Shown: positions 56,127 through 64,000 of the stretch, in pieces
Position numbering within the stretch: the stretch's first letter is position 1
How the letters are laid out: each line of letters opens with the position of its first letter
Source: Helobdella robusta
Taxonomy: Eukaryota
Assembly (NCBI GenBank): GCA_000326865.1
Contig: KB095858.1
Span: forward strand, 2,925,051-2,989,050
Direction: 5' to 3'
Length of the DNA stretch: 64,000 nucleotides
Position numbers and translations under genes: made by a program
The notes under the pieces: generated by a model
Database searches by the model: none
What the model saw: only the letters and a program-made list of their open reading frames with translations
What the model was told of the DNA's origin: nothing

Positions 56127-57404
56127 TACAATAAAAGTATACAAGAAATGGAACTCTGCTAGCTGAATTCTTAGCTGAAATTTTTCGTTAAACAGTCGAA
56201 ACTTCTAAGAACATTCAAGAAAAGGTCTATCCAATAAGAACACATTAAAATAGTATGAAAAATGTATGAAACCATAAAACTAAGAGTAAAAAACATATAC
56301 TTCAAGTCTTATAACTTGAAAAAAATCATTGAAACAAAGTACACAAAAACCTTTTCTGGACTTCAATCCTTTGGCACTGTAAACTGTAATAAAAAACAGA
56401 AACAATAAATAAAATTCTGAAAAACATTCTAATTAAAGTGCTTGATCAATAACTTTTTCTGATAAAAAATAAAACATATTACAAAATACAAATTAATTAA
56501 AAATTCATTATTCAATCCAGATTGAGATTTTAGAATACTAGCTCTAATCTAATGCCAATCTAGTCTAGCTCAGCTGATTTATTCAGTTCAAAAGTTTTTT
56601 TTAATTTTTAAATCAATGGTTTTCTTATTTTAGTTTGAATTGAATGTTTAAAAAAGTAAAGCTTTGAACTTAGAAGCCTCACAACCTTACCTTTATTAAT
56701 TCATTAACATGTGCCTTGATTTTTAATATTTTTTTTTTATAAAAAATATATTTCACTTAATTCCTAATCTGACTTCCCTAATCAATCCTCCTAACCAGGA
56801 AAAAATAACAAACAGTAACAAATTAAATTAAAAAACCGCAAAACTGCAAAACCAACCAATGACAGAAATAATTTCTGGGACCTTGCGAAGTGACGACATC
56901 TCGAAATATCCTGAATTAAATTATAAAATCTCTTTTTATCATAACACACCAAAATTACGAAAAAATATTTAATTTAAATAACTTATTTTGAATAAAAGAA
57001 ATATTTTAAAAAATCGTATTATTTTTTAAGTTCATCAACTTTTCAGGGATGGCAGAGGTATTTTTAATAAATTAAATTCTTAAAATTCCTGAGGTGCTCC
57101 TACGAATAAGTGATGAATGTTTAATGAGTGATCATAATAAAAAGAATGCATATTTATAAGCAGAAATAATAAAAATAATAACACTAATTATTATAATAAT
57201 TGTAGAAATAATAAAAACAGAATAAAATAATGATTAAAAGAAATGTAATTATGAACGTTAATTTGAAAGGATTAGATGATCCATAAAGTACAAACATGTG
57301 ATGAAAATTAAAAATTCCTGCACATTTTTCAAGAATGTTTTGACTAAATCACACTAACTTGATGTGACACTGAAAATTTTTTGACAAAATTACACTAAAT
57401 TCCT

Positions 57405-57540
57405 CATCATCATCAACAACAAAAACATCGTCATCATCAACATCAACAACAACAACATCATCATTATTATCATCATCATCAACAACAACATCATTATCAT
57501 CATCATCATCATGATCAACAACAACATCATCATCATTAAA
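57405..57540. repeat. (CAT/CAA)n triplet microsatellite
   Basis: Seen directly. It gives a poly-Asp/Val ORF on the - strand. Confidence 0.85.
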
Positions 57541-58020
57541 GTGGCCTCCTCTTACTTTCAATGTTTAACACGCTGACGATGATTATGTTGGTGATACAGA
57601 TTGTGATGATGACGTTAATGATGATGAAGTAAAACACACGGGCAATGATGAAAGCAGTTAAGCATATAGGATACATATAACACATTCACTATACATTGGC
57701 ATGTATATTTACACATATTATTCCCACACAGATAGGATATATACAAACAAACACACACACACAAACATGAACATACAAGAAGCACTAAAAACATACACAA
57801 CACATACAAACACGCATGATGAAGCAACAGCAGAACGAAGGATGAAAATATATAATGGGTTTTTTCACAGCACGTCATGTTATCACTGGTTATTTAATAA
57901 CGCGCTGGCCTGCCTGCCTGACATAACGTTTATATGTGCTGTACCGAATTTTTGTTTTCGTTGCTGTCTTTCTTGTTTTCTTTGTTTGTTTTTTTGTTTT
58001 TTTTGTAATTTTTATTCTAT

Positions 58021-58145
58021 ATTTGATGTTTGTTAATGTTTGCTGATGTTTGTTGATGTTTGTAGATGTTTGCAGATGTTTGTTAATGTTTGCTGATGTT
58101 TGTTGATGTTTGTGGATGTTTGTTGATGTTTGTGGATGTTTGTTG
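58021..58145. repeat. 10-bp minisatellite (gatgtttgtt)n, about 12 copies
   Basis: Seen directly. Confidence 0.85.
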
Positions 58146-58622
58146 GCTATATTTAAAACTATCCACCGTACTTGTTTACTTGTTTGTTTGTGTTGTAAAA
58201 TTTCTGCTATTGAAAAACCATGTTTCATGTTTGTTTTTTTTATATGACATTTTTAAAGATTTGTTAAAGTTTTTTCTTCGGTCATTAATGTAGTTGCAGT
58301 TTTTACAGTTGGTGTATTGTTACTCACTCGAGTCTGCAACTGCTTTCCGTGCGACAAAATAAAAAAATTTTTTGTCGGTATTGTTAGTTTTGCATTGCTG
58401 TTCGTCTTTAAGTACAAAACAACGACACTCGCTTTTTCACTGGTGTTTAAGTCATAAAAAATTATTTAAAATAAACAAACAGAAAAATATTGTAAGTATA
58501 AACAAAATATAAATAATGGAAAAATACCCATAGCGCCTTAATGGGGAAAGCTTTTCCTTCTCGTTTTGTCGCATCTGTGGTGTTACATCATTTTCTTTCT
58601 CTCTTTCTCTCTTTCTCTCTTG

Positions 58623-58655
<33 letters not shown>

Positions 58656-60262
58656 ATGTTTTTTTATGTGTTTTCTCAATGTGTGCGTGTGCGTGTATTA
58701 TGTGTGCGTGCGTATTATTTAAATCACATTTCCTGAATAAATTGTTTGAAGCGGAACCAAAAGGCTACCGCGTTTACAATGTACGTTTCAACTTCATTAA
58801 ACAAACGAGTTTAAGTTTACCAACATACATATTCAACGTGTTTCTGCTGCTATTGTTTGTTTAGTGTCACCATAATGACATCTTGGTGCTATTTTCATTT
58901 TGCGTAAAGTTTTTTAATGTTATCACCACCAGTGGAGTTTACGAATGTCACCATTCCAATATCAAAACAGTTACCTAATGGGAATATATTTTCAGCATCA
59001 TCATCATCGTCATTATCAGAGATCGCCATCATCATCATCGTCGTCGTCGTCATCATCATGAGTATGGACAAACACATTAGTTTCATTTCTCATAGGAATA
59101 AGCTTTCAGCCAGACAAGCCAAACTTTTTTTTAAAGTGGCTTTACGGCGATCAAAACTTATTAATAACAGCACTAGCAATAATATTACAAGAGCCTAGAA
59201 CAGTAATATTACAACATGAAAAAAGCTAGAGAAGTATAATTTAGTAAAGTTTTTTTTACCATCAAACTTTCAAATAACTGCGAAAATATTAAATTAGCAC
59301 TAACAACAGAAGACAAACAAAATTGTAAAAAAAAACATGAACAAGGCAATAAAGCGAACGCTGGACAGTCTTCAACAAAACGGAATGTTTGATTGAATGT
59401 GACTCTTCTGACCCGAACAAACGATTCTACCACAAAACAACATCAACAAAAAAACACATCAAAAACATTAATAACATCAAGAAAAACATGAGAAACAAAA
59501 CCAAAACCAACGTGAAGAGTGACGCGTGCAAAAACTGAAATCAATATTTGCCTGAATTGGCTGGACAAACTTGCTCGTACATTAACAGAAGATAAATAAC
59601 AGCGGAAAAGATAACATCACATCAATTGTTTCATGTATAAACATTAAAAACAACAACACTAACAACACAACAACACTAGCAAAGACAACAATAACATGGA
59701 TGACAACCGCAACAGTAACGTTCTATCAGATAATAAATAACTTACCATCACTAGCGCCAGCATTTTCAAAAAATTTTTAACGTACTGCAAAAATTTGGAT
59801 AACAACATTGAAAAAAGTAATTGCTTGTCCAATTAATGCATTAATTTTATTTTTAATCACATATCGTAAAATCAAACTCGTTTTCACTTTTCATAACATT
59901 TCCAACAAACATAAACGTTCCTAGGCAGAGAAATTTTCTAAATTTGAAGAGAATAGAAAAAGTCTGCGACATGTTAACGCTACTTTTCATATTTTAAACA
60001 TCTATAGAGTTTTGTAGGAAAAAAAAGCGAAACAATTCAGCCCGAAGACGTGAGCATCAACTCAATGACATTCCATTATACTTTGCATTAATCCTTAATC
60101 CATATTCACCCTCTTAAATCTCCATATTCATTTTTTCCGCTTTTTTCCACATTATACACATGCACACACCGACAAACACAAACACACGCACAAACACACA
60201 CAAGTATATTGATATACATACATAAATAAATGTATATATATATATATATATATATATACACT

Positions 60263-60325
<63 letters not shown>

Positions 60326-60403
60326 TAATACACACTTAAATATACATATATACATACACATATATATGTGTATGTATATATGTATATATTTGTTAAGAAA
60401 CAT

Positions 60404-60643
60404 CAGCTTTGTTCAGTTTCTGGTTCAATTTTTCAATATTTCGTATCGTATCAAACTCACTTTACACATTTACAAACCGACAGCCTTAACCTTATTTTTA
60501 CAAATAATGAATCTCGGACTGACGATGTCACTGAGGCCAGTGACGCAATCAGCAACGAGTTGGAACCGCAGAAGGTCAACAGGTCAACACGAATGACACG
60601 ATACGAAATATTGAAAAACTGAACCAGAAACTGATCAAAGCTG
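60404..60643. mobile_element. Inverted-repeat hairpin element (MITE-like or long hpRNA-like): two 45-bp arms with 43/45 identity, about 150-nt spacer
   Basis: Left arm 60404-60448 cagctttgttcagtttctggttcaatttttcaatatttcgtatcg. Right arm 60599-60643 is its reverse complement with 2 mismatches. A 14-mer cgacagccttaacc is directly repeated at 60478 and 60678. (TA)n tracts flank both sides. Confidence 0.5.
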
Positions 60644-60698
60644 AAAATGCAGTGATATTTTTTAACAATTGTATCTACGACAGCCTTAACCTCAATTG

Positions 60699-60741
<43 letters not shown>

Positions 60742-61728
60742 AAACTATATAATACCTATTTATATGCTCATTATTATAGCATAAATCAGTTATAAATGGA
60801 AATAAAACAAAATTTTCATTTGTAGTAGTAAGTAGCAATAGCAGTAGTTGCAGTAGTAACAGCAGTAGTGGTGGTTGTAGTAGTAGTGGCAATAACAATG
60901 GTAGTAGTAGTAGTTTATTAATTATAATTTCAATAAACCACGATAGTAAATTGGTTTAATTTGATCTGAGACCATAGCAAATTGCCATTTGTAGATAAAT
61001 GCCTGTGTGTTATAACCAACTGGAGCTGCGTAACCAGGCACTATGATTTAAAATTAAATATAACTAAACCATTCGTTGTGCTTTTTTGTTTCTTAATTAA
61101 TATTAATTTTAAAAATTAATTTGAAACAAATTTGGAAGAAATTATTTTAAACAGATAAAATTCGTTACTAGCTTCATCCAGAATACAATACCAGTACAAT
61201 GTGTGTATGCTAACATGATGCTAATATATACACACATTTAAACTTTTATTCTAAATAAATAAACTGAAAATCGAATTAAATTAATAATATTTTGTTAAAA
61301 TAGATTGACAATTAATAAATTATTTGAACAAATTAAATAATGAATTGAATTGGAATGTATGTTAAATTAGATTTGCTGGCAACCACACCACCCTACACGC
61401 ATAATATTAAAAAGAGAAGTTGCGTTAGTCTTATTATAATATTTGGAAAGCTGGCTGTCTTGTCTATCTAGTTATAATGATATTTGATGTTGAATCTAGT
61501 TGTTTTAACGTTAATTTATTGAAAAATTGTTATATTTTGGTAAAATTTTTGTAAATTTATCGAGTGTTGATAATAGGAATTTCTGAAAAAAAACGGTCGA
61601 TTTATCATCGGAGACCATCTTGAAAGGTTGGTTCTCGAAATATTTTTTTGATAATATCATATCTATTATTTTGAAAAATTATTTTATAAGAGCAAAAGTA
61701 TAGATAAAGTCTTATATCCAATTGCACG

Positions 61729-61790
<62 letters not shown>

Positions 61791-62827
61791 AACTATCGAA
61801 CATTCGTAGACAGACACACATAAACTCAGGCTTACAAATAGGATATCAAATGATATATCCATATACCCATGCACACATACACGGATATATTTATCTATTA
61901 TAAATCCACACGCACATATGGATACATACAAATCACAAACACACACAAACACACGCTGGTACGTATTAAATAAACATCTTAGACAAATTATTTTTGCCAA
62001 AATTCACATGAACAAAATTACGCAGAGATAGAAAATAGTTTAAATACAAATATATACATACAAACACAGTTGCGTACACATACAAATATCATAAAAAACA
62101 AACAAACAAACATTCACACAAACAAAATACACATTCACACAGGCGTAAGAAACTCCAAACAGCTGAAAAATACATGAAGATTCATCAGTAAATCAGTCAA
62201 CTCTTCATTATAAGGTTTAATTAAACCGAAATTTTTTATTATTTATACTCATTAGTTTAATAAATGAAATGGCTTTTTTATGTGAATGTAATGTCCTTAC
62301 AATCGTCGTCATCATCACCATCGTCGTCGTCATCATCACCATCATTATATCACTCCATTTTCCGACCCAATTATTATTCATCATAATAATTACAACAAGC
62401 TCATTTTCACCTCATTAATTATTGACTAATTAGCTAATTAAAAATCTTTGGTTTGCTGCAAAACAAAAAACTACACAAACAGTGAAACAAAAATCCTAAA
62501 ATATTTCGCTATTATTATCAGTATCAACGCTATCACTATCATAACCATATTATATCATCATAATTGTCATCATCATTGTCATCGTCACCATCTTCCTAAT
62601 TGTCATCATCGTAGTCAGAATTTCGCACACAAGAACTTACTGATAACAAACTCCAAAAAAGTTGTATTTGAAAATTAATGACTGACTATCCTATTCTATT
62701 CTAATTTTATGACTATTCATCTTTACACTCTGTTAGTATAAAGGTTACTGAGTTTTTTTTAATTACAGTCTTTATAAGTACTAATAACTTTTGTTACTAA
62801 AATAACTACATAGTAATTACTATCGCA

Positions 62828-62972
62828 TTAATAGTATTATTACTACTATTTGTTACTACTACTATTACTAATACTGCTACTACTATCACCACCGCTACTA
62901 CTACTACTACTACTACTACTACTGCTGCTACTGCTACTGCTGCTACTACTACTACTTCTACTACTACTATTT

Positions 62973-63033
<61 letters not shown>

Positions 63034-63095
63034 TACTGCTGCTACTACAACAACACAACAACAACTACTACTACTACTACCACTACTACTACTAC
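62828..63095. repeat. (TAC/CTA)n trinucleotide microsatellite, about 85 units
   Basis: Seen directly. It produces poly-L and poly-S ORFs on the two strands. Confidence 0.9.
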
Positions 63096-64000
63096 TACCA
63101 GTATCACCAGAGCGAAGCTATCGACACATTGATCACGATACATGGATCAATAAAGGGCGTATCATCATCATCATTATTGTCAATGACGTCATCATCGTCA
63201 CCATCGTCACCATCGTCATCATCGGCAAGTTTGTCTCTACCATAGTCCTTTATCACAGTGTAGCCATCCATCGTCATCATCATCTTCATCAATAGTGTCA
63301 TCATCACCATTCTTAACCATCATCTTTGTTGTGGACATTGTCATCGTAGAATCATCATTTTTATAACAACTATCGTCTTGAATAACTGAGACACAGCCAA
63401 CCATCTATAAATTAGCTAGGCCTAATTAGTCATCAGCGTCGCGTAAAAACATTTACCCTCTTACTGCATCACTTTCACTTTGATAATGTTCATGAGAAAT
63501 TATACCTCTATTACATTAACAACAGTAACGTTACCAGCATTAACAATGACGTCATCGTAAACGAGAACTACAATATGTTACATCAACAAAGATCTAAAAA
63601 CTATTCATTCGTGAGGAAAAACAATATCGTAAACACGAACAAGACAAATGAATAAACAACATTAACGCGCCAACAACACCACATAAGCAACAAAACAAAC
63701 ACCAAAAACATCACCAACAATAACAAAAGCAACAATAAAAATATATTATATGATAACATAAACAACAAAAACATAAACAGCTATAGAAAATTATATGTAC
63801 AACAACAACAACAGCAACAACAACACAAACAATAACAAGCAAAGAATAATAAATAAACAAATGTAAACATTTGAAATGAACAAACACCACGTCATCATTA
63901 CATTGCATCTTTATTGATCGGAACACGTTAAATAAGATATGATGATGATGTGTATATGATGATGATGATGATGACGATGGTGATGGTGATGACAATGATG

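Noticed and set aside
62846-63245. 131-aa poly-Leu ORF (+) and 72-aa poly-Ser ORF (-)
   Set aside because: (TAC/CTA)n trinucleotide microsatellite read in two frames.

Overview
This window is eukaryotic, most likely metazoan, nuclear DNA; it is not prokaryotic. It is AT-rich and saturated with microsatellites ((GT)n, (GA)n, (TA)n, (GTTT)n, (TGAA)n, (GTA)n, (CAT)n) and minisatellites. Every ORF of 60 aa or more in the first 30 kb is low-complexity repeat translation, and I found no convincing genes there. A compact gene cluster follows on the + strand. (1) A 7-exon ZIP9/SLC39A9 zinc transporter at 30402-33970. (2) A single-exon 1387-aa HEATR1/UTP10 ortholog at 37702-41865. (3) A 16-exon methylmalonyl-CoA mutase (MMUT) gene at 42658-47518, with a mitochondrial presequence first exon. 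On the - strand at about 53665-56126 there is a partial multi-exon gene encoding an N-terminal C2-like domain followed by two tandem Sec5/EXOC2-like IPT/TIG domains. Other notable signals: a canonical hammerhead-ribozyme core with a palindromic minimal stem III at about 26003-26037, resembling Penelope-like-element or Schistosoma Sm-alpha-type ribozymes; a near-perfect 45-bp inverted repeat hairpin or MITE-like element at 60404-60643; a duplicated splice-acceptor module with a signal-peptide-like ORF next to CRE palindromes at 17700-18280; and several TGAA-family satellite blocks. No rRNA, tRNA or CRISPR was found. Exon coordinates were derived by hand from splice consensus and homology to human proteins recalled from memory, so boundaries may be off by 1-3 nt.
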